IMG/VR virus record: IMGVR_UViG_3300049216_000249
Span: 1,842 to 65,841 of that record
Length of the DNA stretch: 64,000 bases
Source of the DNA: a virus
Lineage: Duplodnaviria; Caudoviricetes
Strand: one strand, 5' to 3'
Below the pieces are notes generated by a model, which was given only the letters and a program-made list of their open reading frames with translations, did not search any database and was not told the origin of the DNA. Below, in pieces: positions 26,863-36,665 of the stretch (positions are counted from its first letter, which is position 1; every line of letters starts with the position of its first letter). The position numbers and the translations under genes were made by a program.

Positions 26863-27942
26863 CTAATATCCCATTGCTTTCCAATAGACATTGTATCCGG
26901 CGCCCCCGCCCGTATCCGTGCATCGCGCCTGAAACCCGTTGACGTCCACCAATTGAGAACCCAGATTGTGGGCGTCAGGCGCCCCAACGCCCCACCATAC
27001 TTCGACGCTAACAGCGGTGTGCGGGAATGAAGTCACGTAGCTGTACCCGTGAGTTGCACCGTCCGCAGGGATCGTAAACGTCCCGTATTGGATTATAAAC
27101 GAGTAGCCGGTGTTGGACCCCGCTGGAAAAGCCTGTATGCCATTGCCTCCAATCGAGTTAAAGAACTGATTAATACTTACCGCTTGGTTTCCCGTTGTTC
27201 CGTTTGCTAAGTTCAAAGTGCCAAGTGAGCTAGACGTTGAATTTAGTATGACGACAGGGTTGCCAGCTAGGCCTAATTGGCCGCCTGTGCGCTGAACAAC
27301 CAGATCCGTTATTACGTCGCTAACAGCCGTTATCTGGTTATTAACAGTAAGCGAGCCGCTAAGTGCGCCTCCTGTTAAATTCAAATAGTTTGAACCCACC
27401 CATGTTTCGGTGGCGACGTTAAACGGGGCATTAGCATCAATGGCGACGGTGAGCTTACCGGTTGTGCCATTCCATCCCTCATAGATCTTGTTGGTTCCTT
27501 GGCCCGAAGCTCCGCCCTGCTGGACCGGCGTGAAGCCAGATGAGGCGGCAGTGAGTCGACCATCTAATCCAACGGTAAGCGAGGTGTTAGTATAGGATCC
27601 GGAGGTGACACCAGTGTTGGTGAGGCCAAGCGCAGCGGCGCTTCCTGCAGTCCACAGATTTGCTGCGATATCCCCGGCCTGCCATGTTTCTGCTGTCGTT
27701 CCCTCTTGCGCGCGGACGATCGTGCATACATCGCCGGACCGCGCCGTCACCTGGACAATTTCATTGGTCAGTTGCGTCGCCGCATCAACGAACGTCAGCA
27801 GGAAGTACTGGCCTGCGGCCGGGTTGGGAAATTCGGCCCCTGTTCCTGCTGCAAGAGTGCACGATGTCGCAGATGCCGTGATAGCACCAGCAAGTGTTGT
27901 CGACGCGTTGTTCGCGAAAAGGATCGGAGAGGAAGAGGACAT
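26863..27942 (-). CDS. Tail fibre protein
   Basis: FANNASTTLA..EIV.VTARSGD..TIVRAQEGT anchor; C-terminal IIQYG...FPHT..AMGY tip domain; AT-richer distal half. Confidence 0.85.
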   Translation of the reverse strand: MSSSSPILFANNASTTLAGAITASATSCTLAAGTGAEFPNPAAGQYFLLTFVDAATQLTNEIVQVTARSGDVCTIVRAQEGTTAETWQAGDIAANLWTAGSAAALGLTNTGVTSGSYTNTSLTVGLDGRLTAASSGFTPVQQGGASGQGTNKIYEGWNGTTGKLTVAIDANAPFNVATETWVGSNYLNLTGGALSGSLTVNNQITAVSDVITDLVVQRTGGQLGLAGNPVVILNSTSSSLGTLNLANGTTGNQAVSINQFFNSIGGNGIQAFPAGSNTGYSFIIQYGTFTIPADGATHGYSYVTSFPHTAVSVEVWWGVGAPDAHNLGSQLVDVNGFQARCTDTGGGAGYNVYWKAMGY

Positions 27943-27971
27943 GTGATTTCCTAATCGGCGGCCGGCGTGGC

Positions 27972-28622
27972 TCAGGAGGTCAGGTTCACCACGTAGGTGT
28001 ATTGGAATGGTGTCTCGACCGCGCCAGCAGCAATAGCGGCCTTTAGGATGGCCGCTGCTGCCACAGTGCTGGTCGTTGTCTTGATGGTGATGGTGTAGAC
28101 ACCAGCGACTACAACGATGCTGACATCTGACGTATCGGCCACGCTGACGTCAGTGCCATTGGTACCCAGCAGGAACCGCATGATCCGGCGCTTCAGCCAA
28201 CGGACACAGAACTGCTTCCCGTCGCCCAGGTAAAGGTGCCATGTCATCACCCTCTTATAGTAATCGTCGTTCAGCGTGACATAGGAAGTCGGCGCGATTG
28301 TCTTTCTGGCATTGAAGGGAAGCGTGTTCAGCATCCACGTGTTGAACGGTCCGATAGTGCGGGCTGCTGATAGCGGGATGCTTGGCCGGGCAATATTGTA
28401 AACACCCTGACCAACCCAATCCAGCAGCAGACCCGCGATCATCACCCCGGTATAGACCGGCAAATTGATAGCATTGAACCAGTCGATATATTGCTGCGTC
28501 ATGATGTTGAACGCGGCAAAAAATGCCTGGATATCGTCGTCGTCGGAATACTGAAAGTACGGATAGGCTGGTATCGTTTTCTGCGGCGATAGAGGGGCTG
28601 CCAGGGGAAGCGTCACGGGCAT
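27972..28622 (-). CDS. Baseplate wedge protein (gpI/DUF2612-like)
   Basis: LLDWVGQGVY, LNDDYYKRV; follows baseplate J. Confidence 0.7.
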   Translation of the reverse strand: MPVTLPLAAPLSPQKTIPAYPYFQYSDDDDIQAFFAAFNIMTQQYIDWFNAINLPVYTGVMIAGLLLDWVGQGVYNIARPSIPLSAARTIGPFNTWMLNTLPFNARKTIAPTSYVTLNDDYYKRVMTWHLYLGDGKQFCVRWLKRRIMRFLLGTNGTDVSVADTSDVSIVVVAGVYTITIKTTTSTVAAAAILKAAIAAGAVETPFQYTYVVNLTS

Positions 28623-28628
28623 ATCGGG

Positions 28629-30050
28629 TTACCCCTGACTGACGATGGCGGCTGTGGGTGCCGCGGTGAAATAGCCCTCCGGATCTCCGGCGATGATCCC
28701 TGTGCCGGTTGATGGAGCCACGCCGATGCCATCGATCGAGACGGTGAACACCATCCGGGTCAGCAACTGTGTGGGAAGGATCGAAGCCACGGCCATCTGG
28801 AAGGTCGCCTGCAACTCAAACAGGTTCATCGGCTGACCGGCCGACAAGCTGTTCACGTAATTCACCAGGGCCTGCGCGCCCAGCACATTCACAGCGGCGC
28901 CAGACACAAAGTTCACCGCCGAGGTGTTCCAGGTCAGCGATATGACGACTACCTGGGCAGGCGGTCGCACAAAGGGGATCACATATGTGTCCGGCGGCTC
29001 GCTGATGGTGACGCTGACGTTGCGCAGGTTCGGGGTCACAATGCCACCGCTGATATAGGCGCCATATCCGGTCGTATTGACCCCGATGCTGAAAGTGGTG
29101 GGGGTCAATACGGTCACGGTCAGCGGCGTGTTGTTCACGGCCGTCATGCCTACCACGCTGGCTATATTGATCACCTGTCCAGTGGCGAATTCGTGCTTGA
29201 GCGTCGTGGTCACAACGCCAGGGCTGGCCTGGGTGATCCCTTCGACCGCCAGCACCGATCCTTTTAGCGTCGAAATATCGCCGACAGACGAATAGATGGC
29301 ATTTGCAATTTCATAAATATCGCCGCCACCGACGATGACTTCCCAGCCGCCGCCCGTGAGTTGTCGGATGCTGATCAGCCGCGGCTGTACCCCGGATATG
29401 GCAAGAAGTTGCTTGCGCAGGTAGGACGGCATCGAAAGAGCAGGGGCCTTCTGCGCCCCCAGCACCTGAGCCCGATAATCCGTCTCAGTTTGCGCTCCGG
29501 TGCTCGCAATTCCCGCCAGCGGGTTCGTCACGGCCAAGGAGATACCAGTCGGCACCGAGGTCACAATCTGCGTCACTGTGCCAGCGGGGACAGGCCAAGA
29601 GCCCGCCACCGTGGCCACGGTGGACAGGGTAGCGCTGACCCCGCTGCTGGCGATAATGCCGCCGTCCTGTACCGTGTATTGATAGGTGCCGTCGCCAACC
29701 GTGAACCCAGGCGCGATCACGAAGCCGGGCGGCCCGGTGAACTGGACGTCGACTTCGGTGTTGGTGTCCAAGCCAATCGGGATGCCAAGCGTCCCGCCAA
29801 GCATCTGCAGGATGTAAGCATTCGCGCCATTGGGCGTGATCGAGTTGACCAAATCCACCCTGGCCTGGTCACATAGTACCACCGCAGCCGTACCGGTGCT
29901 GGCCAGATCCTCGATCAGCGACGCGGGCAGGTTGGCTGTGAGCCCCGGCGACATGCCGACTGCAAGGGCAACCAACTGCGCGCGGAGGTCCGCCGGCGCC
30001 TGGGGCTGAAGGCCTGCGGCCGTCATGACCGTCGGCAGCGACCCGCTCAT
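28629..30050 (-). CDS. Baseplate J-like protein with inserted beta-barrel domain
   Basis: VQFTGPPGFVI..G, VTNP.AG...ETDYRAQ; insert ITQASPGVVT...TFSIGVNTT. Confidence 0.85.
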   Translation of the reverse strand: MSGSLPTVMTAAGLQPQAPADLRAQLVALAVGMSPGLTANLPASLIEDLASTGTAAVVLCDQARVDLVNSITPNGANAYILQMLGGTLGIPIGLDTNTEVDVQFTGPPGFVIAPGFTVGDGTYQYTVQDGGIIASSGVSATLSTVATVAGSWPVPAGTVTQIVTSVPTGISLAVTNPLAGIASTGAQTETDYRAQVLGAQKAPALSMPSYLRKQLLAISGVQPRLISIRQLTGGGWEVIVGGGDIYEIANAIYSSVGDISTLKGSVLAVEGITQASPGVVTTTLKHEFATGQVINIASVVGMTAVNNTPLTVTVLTPTTFSIGVNTTGYGAYISGGIVTPNLRNVSVTISEPPDTYVIPFVRPPAQVVVISLTWNTSAVNFVSGAAVNVLGAQALVNYVNSLSAGQPMNLFELQATFQMAVASILPTQLLTRMVFTVSIDGIGVAPSTGTGIIAGDPEGYFTAAPTAAIVSQG

Positions 30051-30406
30051 GCGTAGTAGGACACATCCAGGGTCGCGGTGGCGGCCTGCTGGATGAATTC
30101 AATGGCGGCCAGCGGCCCGGAATAGGTAGTGGTTCCACCCATCGCGATCGGCATGCCAACGGTGGCCGTCGGTGCCACGCCATCATCGCGATAGCGCACG
30201 GCCGCGCCCTCGACAGTAATCACGGCATAGGTTGCCCCAGCCGGGGGCGTCAGGTGGGTCGCTGCGGTCAACACGGTGATCTGCTGATAGCCAAGCGGGC
30301 TCGGGACATAAGGGCTTCCAGGCGCGCCCTGACCGCCGTTTGGATTGGGTGCGATCCAGACCGGGATTGCCGAGGCCGGGTTGCTTTGGCTGTTTGGGTA
30401 GGCCAT
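30047..30406 (-). CDS. Small beta-sandwich virion protein
   Basis: YAVITVEGAAVRYRDDGVAPTATVGMPI; coupled to J. Confidence 0.65.
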   Translation of the reverse strand: MAYPNSQSNPASAIPVWIAPNPNGGQGAPGSPYVPSPLGYQQITVLTAATHLTPPAGATYAVITVEGAAVRYRDDGVAPTATVGMPIAMGGTTTYSGPLAAIEFIQQAATATLDVSYYA

Positions 30407-30418
30407 GCGGATTTGCTC

Positions 30419-30766
30419 CTATGTCGGGACCGGGACCGAGATCGTTGCGCCTGACGTCGTGGTAACGTCGATGTCGTAGGTTGGCACGGGGCTGGCGGAT
30501 GTTCTGGTGACGGTCAGGGCCGCGAAATACTGGGCGAATTGCTGCTGGGTGCGGGACAGATACAGGTCAGGAGGCACCTGCATCTGCACTGCTTGCAGAT
30601 ACGGCACCCCGTAGTTCGCGAAGAAAGGCGACTCACCCGGCGATAGTTGAAGAACCTGCGTGAGGGTCGTGAGCATGACGCCATCGTCTGATCCACCGGC
30701 GTCCGTCTCGACCATAATCCAGGTCTTGGTGCCGTCCTCGGCTGTTTCCCGCCCATAGGTGCGCAT
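30419..30766 (-). CDS. Baseplate wedge/sheath initiator (gp25/W-like)
   Basis: L.LSPGESPFFANYGVPY; position after the spike. Confidence 0.7.
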   Translation of the reverse strand: MRTYGRETAEDGTKTWIMVETDAGGSDDGVMLTTLTQVLQLSPGESPFFANYGVPYLQAVQMQVPPDLYLSRTQQQFAQYFAALTVTRTSASPVPTYDIDVTTTSGATISVPVPT

Positions 30767-30769
30767 TGA

Positions 30770-31426
30770 TCAACTTCCTGGGGTTGGCGGGGCGCCATTT
30801 GATGGATGGCCATGGGTGATCAGCGATGTGCCAAGTGGCGATGCGGTGACGTCGCCATCGCTATGGACGCCGGCTGAGGTGATTGTCGTGACAACGCCGC
30901 CCGCGGTCACCACCAGGCCCGACGCGCTAAAAGCGAAGGTGGTGGTGCCAATCTTCAGCAGGGCGCCCGACGGGGTTTGGGTCCAAACGCATTGCTTTTC
31001 GGTGTCTTGCATCACGATGCCATTCGGGCCCGTCATCGTGACGGCGTTGGGATCAACCGCCGGAAACGCCGTGCTGCTGATGGGATAGAAGGTCAGAGCC
31101 GATAAGTTGCCCGGCGCGGAAAGATCGGCCGTGGCCGGGCCGCCCATGCCCGTGATGCCGCCGATCCGGGCGTCCGCCGGCAGGCACTCCCCTGTGTCCC
31201 CGATTTGGATGGGGATGCGCGCATATTTTGATTGCGCAGTCGGCACTTCAATTTCCGGCAGGGTGAACCCGCTGACGTCGAAATTTACCGTCACCAGCGT
31301 TCCGTTGACCTCTGTGACCGTGCAGGGGAGCGCCTTGCCAGTGAGATGAACGGCATCGATGGCCTTGGCATGGCTGATCTTGTCCAAGGAGCGCCCCATG
31401 GGCGTCTTGAGGTGGTTGATGCTCAT
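30770..31426 (-). CDS. Baseplate central spike (gpV/Gp138-like)
   Basis: LPCTVTEV OB-fold, PIQIGDTG, beta-helical C-terminus ending THGH (HxH). Confidence 0.85.
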   Translation of the reverse strand: MSINHLKTPMGRSLDKISHAKAIDAVHLTGKALPCTVTEVNGTLVTVNFDVSGFTLPEIEVPTAQSKYARIPIQIGDTGECLPADARIGGITGMGGPATADLSAPGNLSALTFYPISSTAFPAVDPNAVTMTGPNGIVMQDTEKQCVWTQTPSGALLKIGTTTFAFSASGLVVTAGGVVTTITSAGVHSDGDVTASPLGTSLITHGHPSNGAPPTPGS

Positions 31427-31441
31427 AAGACGGTGCGCCTG

Positions 31442-32422
31442 TTACGATTGGGTCTGCACGAACAGGTTTGCCACGGTCACCCAGGAGGCACCGTCCGGCT
31501 GCCGGAACCGGCCAACGTGGCGAAGCGAGTTGATGAAAAACGAGCCCTGAAACACGCTGGCCTGACGATACTGTGGCAACGATGCAGCCGTGGTCGTCGT
31601 CGCCAAGGACGTGAGGCCAGTAGGAAGCTTCAGAAATCTGCCCACCTTCAGGTCACCGCGCATCACGAGGCAGGCCGATATTTCGACTGGGCCAAGCCAC
31701 GTCGGCTGTCCGATGAGGTCAGTAAAGGCGATCTGCTTCGGGCCCACGGCGGCGGCCAGCGGCGTGGCGTCATATGCAGTGATCACGCCATTCACGACCG
31801 AGATTGCGACGCCGGGATAGTTGGGCGTCTTGCCCAGGATGTGTTGGGACAGGCTGCGGATATAGGTCGCGAACTGCCCCAGGTTGGCATAGAAGCCAAA
31901 CTCAGCCGTCGGCAGGACCAGGTTCGGGCTGACGTTGATGTCCTGCTTCATACCCGGAAAGGCGCCGCTGAAGGTGGTCGCAAGCGCCTGCGCCAGCGGG
32001 GTATTCGGCGGCCAGTTGAAGACGATGTTGCTGGACGGCGTCGGGCTGACCGTGGACGGCTGAATAGCGATCAGGATCAGGTCGAGCGATTGGTTCGTGC
32101 CCTGCCAGTTGCCAAATGCGAAGAAGATGCTGCCCGAAAAAATCTGCCCGGCCTGAGTTGGATTGGCGAGCGGAAGACCCTTCTGCATTCCGGCGCTCAT
32201 GGTGATGAACTTGCCGTTTAGATCGCTGGCCTGGCCAATGTCCTGCAACGACACGCCAAAAATGCGAACGTAGGGATTATTGATCGGCGCATCATAGGCG
32301 GTCACTGCGACGTCGATCTCGATATCCAACGCGCCGGGGTCATTTTTCCCGCCCGGGAACGAGTTGTATGTCCGAAATACCGATCCGTCGGCATTCGATA
32401 TCGTGATCAGATAGTATCTCAT
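31442..32422 (-). CDS. Baseplate hub protein
   Basis: VRIFGVSL, DLIGQPTW, GSFFINSLRHVGRFRQPDG.SW. Confidence 0.75.
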   Translation of the reverse strand: MRYYLITISNADGSVFRTYNSFPGGKNDPGALDIEIDVAVTAYDAPINNPYVRIFGVSLQDIGQASDLNGKFITMSAGMQKGLPLANPTQAGQIFSGSIFFAFGNWQGTNQSLDLILIAIQPSTVSPTPSSNIVFNWPPNTPLAQALATTFSGAFPGMKQDINVSPNLVLPTAEFGFYANLGQFATYIRSLSQHILGKTPNYPGVAISVVNGVITAYDATPLAAAVGPKQIAFTDLIGQPTWLGPVEISACLVMRGDLKVGRFLKLPTGLTSLATTTTAASLPQYRQASVFQGSFFINSLRHVGRFRQPDGASWVTVANLFVQTQS

Positions 32423-32682
32423 GGGCCGATCACGAACTGAGAGTCCGCCTCATTGAAATACATCGTTGACGTGAAGTATCCGAAAAGCAAGTTTTGCGGC
32501 GAATCGTCGGATGAACCCGTCATTGCTCGGCAAACAACCAGAGTTCCATCCTGTGAATACACGTTGATGTAATAGCGGCCGAACAAGTTCCAGGTGCAGA
32601 TGACGGTATAAAGCGCGCCGTCGAAGGTCGCCTGAAACTGTGGCGCCCCGGTGCTGGACGGGACGAAAGTGACGACGGTCAT
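32419..32682 (-). CDS. Small baseplate protein
   Basis: QFQATFDGALY...WNLFGRYYINVY; between initiator and hub. Confidence 0.7.
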   Translation of the reverse strand: MTVVTFVPSSTGAPQFQATFDGALYTVICTWNLFGRYYINVYSQDGTLVVCRAMTGSSDDSPQNLLFGYFTSTMYFNEADSQFVIGP

Positions 32683-33431
32683 GCAACGCTCGTCGTCGTC
32701 GAGGTGACGCTATCGGTCTGGAACGGCTGTAGCGGACTCGCCCCCTGCACGGTCCCACCCACGTTGCTCTGGGCGCCCGGCACGGCCGCGGTTGCGGCGC
32801 CACCCACTTGGCTGCCAACGGTCGACGGCGTGCCGGACAGGGCGCCATCTGTGCGCACCCCCGCGCTGATTTTGCTCATCATGTTGTTCTGGGCCATCTG
32901 CGCCTGCTGCAGCGTGATCAACGGCAGTTCGAAGTCCCACTGCCACCGAGCCTGAACTTGGGGACCGTCCGGGGTGATATCGGTCACGTCTTTGTAAATG
33001 GCGTTCTCATAAATGAGCGCCGGCGTGCAGACGATAAACAGACCGCCCAGTGCTGTGTGATTATCAAGGGTGGCTTTGAGCGTGGTGAAAATCGGTAGTT
33101 TAGCGGGCATCGACCCAACAGTGGCGGCCGGGGTGAACATTTCCAGGCTGATGTTCAGCGGTTGCGCGATGATCGCGTTGCCCGCGGTAGCCTGGTTGGC
33201 GAAGGGATATCGACCAATCTCATTGCTGCCGAGCTTGCCGCCCGGCATCACCTTGAAGCTGGCGAACGGTTGGCCGGTCACAATGCTGGTGAGGCCTGGC
33301 TGCAGAACGGACGTGATCGGCAACAGGCCGCCAGGTAGGTTCGCTGCGATGCCGCCGGAGAAAAATATCGGGCAGACCTCGAAGCTGTTTTTGAACTGCG
33401 CAATATTGGCGCCGGCCAGGGAGAAGCTCAT
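32679..33431 (-). CDS. Tail tube initiator/Dit-like protein
   Basis: First co-oriented gene after the tape measure; YPFANQ, TPALIYEN, WQWDFELPLI. Confidence 0.65.
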   Translation of the reverse strand: MSFSLAGANIAQFKNSFEVCPIFFSGGIAANLPGGLLPITSVLQPGLTSIVTGQPFASFKVMPGGKLGSNEIGRYPFANQATAGNAIIAQPLNISLEMFTPAATVGSMPAKLPIFTTLKATLDNHTALGGLFIVCTPALIYENAIYKDVTDITPDGPQVQARWQWDFELPLITLQQAQMAQNNMMSKISAGVRTDGALSGTPSTVGSQVGGAATAAVPGAQSNVGGTVQGASPLQPFQTDSVTSTTTSVA

Positions 33432-33513
33432 CGGTTGGCCCCTCGTTGCCGCCCACTATCCGGGGGCTCTCGTTCCGCCTACCGTCCGGTGGCAAAGAAA
33501 GGGACGGACGGCC

Positions 33514-33861
33514 ATGCGTTGGGTTGTGGTGTGCGGCGTGGCGCTGGCATTGGCCGGGGCGGTGACGATCGGCATTGCCCGCGGGCAACCCCAGGCTGAT
33601 AATCCCGCCGATCCCCTGACTTGGTGCCTTGGCGAGGGGTTCGACCAACGGGTGCCGACCTCGGTCTGCCAGCGGGCCAGCATATCCCGTCTGATGGCAA
33701 GCCGGAACGCCCATCAGGCAGAGGATGCGGCCCGGCAGCGCGAGCTTTACGATTGCGAGAACCGGTTTGCCGCGTCCGGGTATCGCCCCCGTTCTTCCGA
33801 CTCCCTAGGCCCGTGCGGCGCGATCCTGGCCCGCCCTTATGGCCCGGCCGCGCCGCCCTGA
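33514..33861 (+). CDS. Moron: exported Cys-containing protein
   Basis: Opposite strand between tail genes; signal/TM MRWVVVCGVALALAGAVTIGIARG; 4 Cys in the mature part. Confidence 0.7.
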   Translation: MRWVVVCGVALALAGAVTIGIARGQPQADNPADPLTWCLGEGFDQRVPTSVCQRASISRLMASRNAHQAEDAARQRELYDCENRFAASGYRPRSSDSLGPCGAILARPYGPAAPP

Positions 33862-33874
33862 AAGCCCATCGCAA

Positions 33875-35962
33875 TCACCCATAGGCGAGCTGCGCCGATG
33901 TCACGACGGCGTTGCCCCCGGTCCGGTCCTCGATCACTACCCGGCTTCCGCCCGAGGTGTTCCGGCGGGATAGCCGATCCAAGACGCCGGATAGGCTTCG
34001 GCCGGAGCCGCCGGGCACAAGGGGGGGCGCCGCCTGCTGGGGTTGAGCTGAAATACCGTAGCGCTGCATCAGCCGATGCACGTACGCCCGGGTTTCGGCC
34101 GGCAGTCCCGCTTCGTCCCCAGTGGCCGCAAAATGCTCCAGCACCGCCGTGTGAGAGCCGTTTGGACCCCAATTATATGCCGCCGCCGCGGCCAACTGGT
34201 TGCCGTGGAACCGATCCAGCATCATGCGCATGTAGTGCGTCGCGCCTTCGATATTTTGCTTGGTATCGAATGGGTTGACCTTCAGGTCATTGGCTGTGCC
34301 CGGCATCAACTGACCGGCGCCGATCGCCCCGCTGCTGGCATTGACCCGCGGCGAACCGTCCGGATTTAGGCCGCCCTCGACCCCGAAAATGCCGGTGGCA
34401 AAGTTGCCCGGGACGTTCCAGCGCTGCGCCGCCTCCTGCTGAAGGCTGAAGACTTGGCTTATGGGCGAGACCACCGCGCTCTGGCGCCAAGCGGCTGTAT
34501 CCGGGCGGTTGCCAGGGTCGGTGGTGGGATCGTAGCCGGGGTCGCCTACCCGGCGCCCATTGGCGTCAACGCCGTGCTGGTGGAAGCCTATATGCCCCAA
34601 TCCCTGGCGCACCCAGGCGCCTGGGTGCCACCACAAACTTGGAGGCGGGGACTGCTCGGGAACGCTGGGAGATCCCGGGGCGCCGGGCGGCGGTGCAGGG
34701 GCTGGCTTCGGTGGAATGAGCCAAGGATTAATCCGGGTGAACCATGACGACGGCTTTCCATCGTTTTGGACATTGCCTCCCGGCGCGCCGGGGGTTTGAT
34801 CGCCGTTCCCGACCACAATGTCGAATTTGCTCTCGATCCACTTGACGGCCTTGCCCATGGCTACCACGAACTTGTGGAATTCATCCTCAGCCCATAGCAA
34901 GTCCTGTTTGAATTCGGGCGAAGACAAAAAAGTGGCTAGGTTTTCAATCCCATGCCCAAGCGATACGATCCAATCACCTAGATCGGGGTCGGCCAGCAAC
35001 GTCGAAATCGCCGACGTGATCGACTTCGATAGCTCCGTCAGCGGCCCGGCCAGCGGGGCCAGTTTGCCGATCAGCACGTCCTCCATGGTCGTGCCGGCGC
35101 GGTGCATCTGGTTGGTGAAATTGGTCCAGGCGGCAAGCGCTTTTGGATCAAGGGCAAAATTCCGCCGATCCTGCTGGGCATCCCGGTCCGACTGCGCCAG
35201 ATCGGAGCGCGACGTGCTGCCGATGCGCTTCCAGTCCTGCAAGCCGCCGGGAAGCAACTGGTCCAGCCCATGCGCCTGCATGAACTGCGTGGTGTGCCCA
35301 TCCGGTCCGGCCTGGTCCCACAGATCCCGGGCCCGGCGGATCACTTCCCGGGATAGCTGCTCCGGGTCAGACTGTTGGACTTCCCTTGTCCCGATGCCGG
35401 CCGCAAGGAATGCACCCCACCGCGACATGTCCGCCTGCATCTCGGCGGTGTTCGAAAGCATGGCATCTGGGCTGACATAGCGACCAAAGTTGACGCCGAA
35501 CGCCTGCTGCGCTTCGGGGGCCACGCCCAGGCCGCGGGCGCTGCGGCTGATTCGGGAAGCGGATGCCGCCAGCTTATCAATGCCGAGAAAGCTGAAGCCG
35601 CTCAATCCCGCGAAGGCAAGCCCGGCCAGGCCGCCCCATTTTACCAGTTCCAGCGTCATCTTGCCGGCCTGCTTCGTGGCGCCCTCCAGCTTCTTGCTGA
35701 TGCTTCCCATCACGGCATCGACCCGCGAGGCAGCCTTTTCCACATCCTTCTGACCCGACGCCGTGTCCCGCAACAGTTCGTTCTGGGCCAACAGCGCCGC
35801 GGCAAGCTCGTTCATGGTGATGCCGGTTTCGCCGGCCGCATGATCCACGCTCTGCCACGCCTCGGGTAGCGTCTTCAGCGATTCCGCATACTGAGTGTAG
35901 ATCGCATGGAATTTCTGAAAAGCGCCATCGTCGATTGGAATGCTGATGATCGGCGTTGCCAT
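33875..35962 (-). CDS. Tape measure protein with C-terminal SLT lytic transglycosylase
   Basis: Helical N-terminal part; VEGG, GAIGAGQLMPGTA, AAAAYNWGP. Confidence 0.88.
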   Translation of the reverse strand: MATPIISIPIDDGAFQKFHAIYTQYAESLKTLPEAWQSVDHAAGETGITMNELAAALLAQNELLRDTASGQKDVEKAASRVDAVMGSISKKLEGATKQAGKMTLELVKWGGLAGLAFAGLSGFSFLGIDKLAASASRISRSARGLGVAPEAQQAFGVNFGRYVSPDAMLSNTAEMQADMSRWGAFLAAGIGTREVQQSDPEQLSREVIRRARDLWDQAGPDGHTTQFMQAHGLDQLLPGGLQDWKRIGSTSRSDLAQSDRDAQQDRRNFALDPKALAAWTNFTNQMHRAGTTMEDVLIGKLAPLAGPLTELSKSITSAISTLLADPDLGDWIVSLGHGIENLATFLSSPEFKQDLLWAEDEFHKFVVAMGKAVKWIESKFDIVVGNGDQTPGAPGGNVQNDGKPSSWFTRINPWLIPPKPAPAPPPGAPGSPSVPEQSPPPSLWWHPGAWVRQGLGHIGFHQHGVDANGRRVGDPGYDPTTDPGNRPDTAAWRQSAVVSPISQVFSLQQEAAQRWNVPGNFATGIFGVEGGLNPDGSPRVNASSGAIGAGQLMPGTANDLKVNPFDTKQNIEGATHYMRMMLDRFHGNQLAAAAAYNWGPNGSHTAVLEHFAATGDEAGLPAETRAYVHRLMQRYGISAQPQQAAPPLVPGGSGRSLSGVLDRLSRRNTSGGSRVVIEDRTGGNAVVTSAQLAYG

Positions 35963-36276
35963 TAGACGACCCTCCGCATCATTTCACGCAGCACCTTCAT
36001 GAGCACCCGCTGCCGCCATTCGTGCGCGCTTTGGTATGGCAGATCGTGCCGCTCGAAATACGCGCTGGCGCCCTCGTCGGACGCCCAGCCCAAGATCTCG
36101 CCTAGGATGCCGGTTGGCTCGTCTCGGAACTGGCGGTCTCGGTCGATGTCGGCAAAGAATTCGCGTATTCCGTAGAGTTTAACAATGTGGTCTGCGCTTT
36201 CCACAAGCCATTCGTCTGGGAAAGGAACATTGGGAGCAGGCGCTTTGGGGAGAGTGCAGAGGTCAAAGTAAAAAAA
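35962..36276 (-). CDS. Frameshift extension of the tail assembly chaperone (GT-like)
   Basis: -1 frame open from before the T7 run to a TAA overlapping the tape measure ATG; no convincing own start. Confidence 0.55.
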   Translation of the reverse strand, partial: FFYFDLCTLPKAPAPNVPFPDEWLVESADHIVKLYGIREFFADIDRDRQFRDEPTGILGEILGWASDEGASAYFERHDLPYQSAHEWRQRVLMKVLREMMRRVV

Positions 36277-36662
36277 CAGATGCGACCCATCACCTCCGAA
36301 AACTCGTCTTCGGAAAGCATGTCCTGCGCGCACGCCACATCAAAGGGAATGCTCGTCCACCCGCCTTGCCCCGGCATGATGACAAACGCCAGACGCCGGA
36401 TTTCTGTGAAGAACCCCGCCTCGACGCCCGCCGGGCCCTCCCACATCCCCATAGCCTTAGCCGCGTCACGCACCATCAGATGCGCCACGCGCGGACCTGT
36501 GATGCTTTCCAGGCCAAGCCGGAAGATCTCGGCTCGAGCGGCAGCCATGACCTTGTAGTACGTCTCGAAAACCACCCGCCCGATCGGCGTCGAGTGCACG
36601 TAGATGGTGCCCCCGTCATGATCAAGCTCAGTGACGATGTTCAGCTTGCGATCAATCCGCAT
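36102..36662 (-). CDS. Tail assembly chaperone
   Basis: Between tube and tape measure; contains T TTT TTT. Confidence 0.75.
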   Translation of the reverse strand: MRIDRKLNIVTELDHDGGTIYVHSTPIGRVVFETYYKVMAAARAEIFRLGLESITGPRVAHLMVRDAAKAMGMWEGPAGVEAGFFTEIRRLAFVIMPGQGGWTSIPFDVACAQDMLSEDEFSEVMGRICFFTLTSALSPKRLLPMFLSQTNGLWKAQTTLLNSTEYANSLPTSTETASSETSQPAS

Positions 36663-36665
36663 GGC

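Noticed and set aside
22931-27942. Diversity-generating retroelement or invertible fibre cassette
   Set aside because: No reverse transcriptase or invertase, and I saw no TR/VR pair or inverted crossover sites
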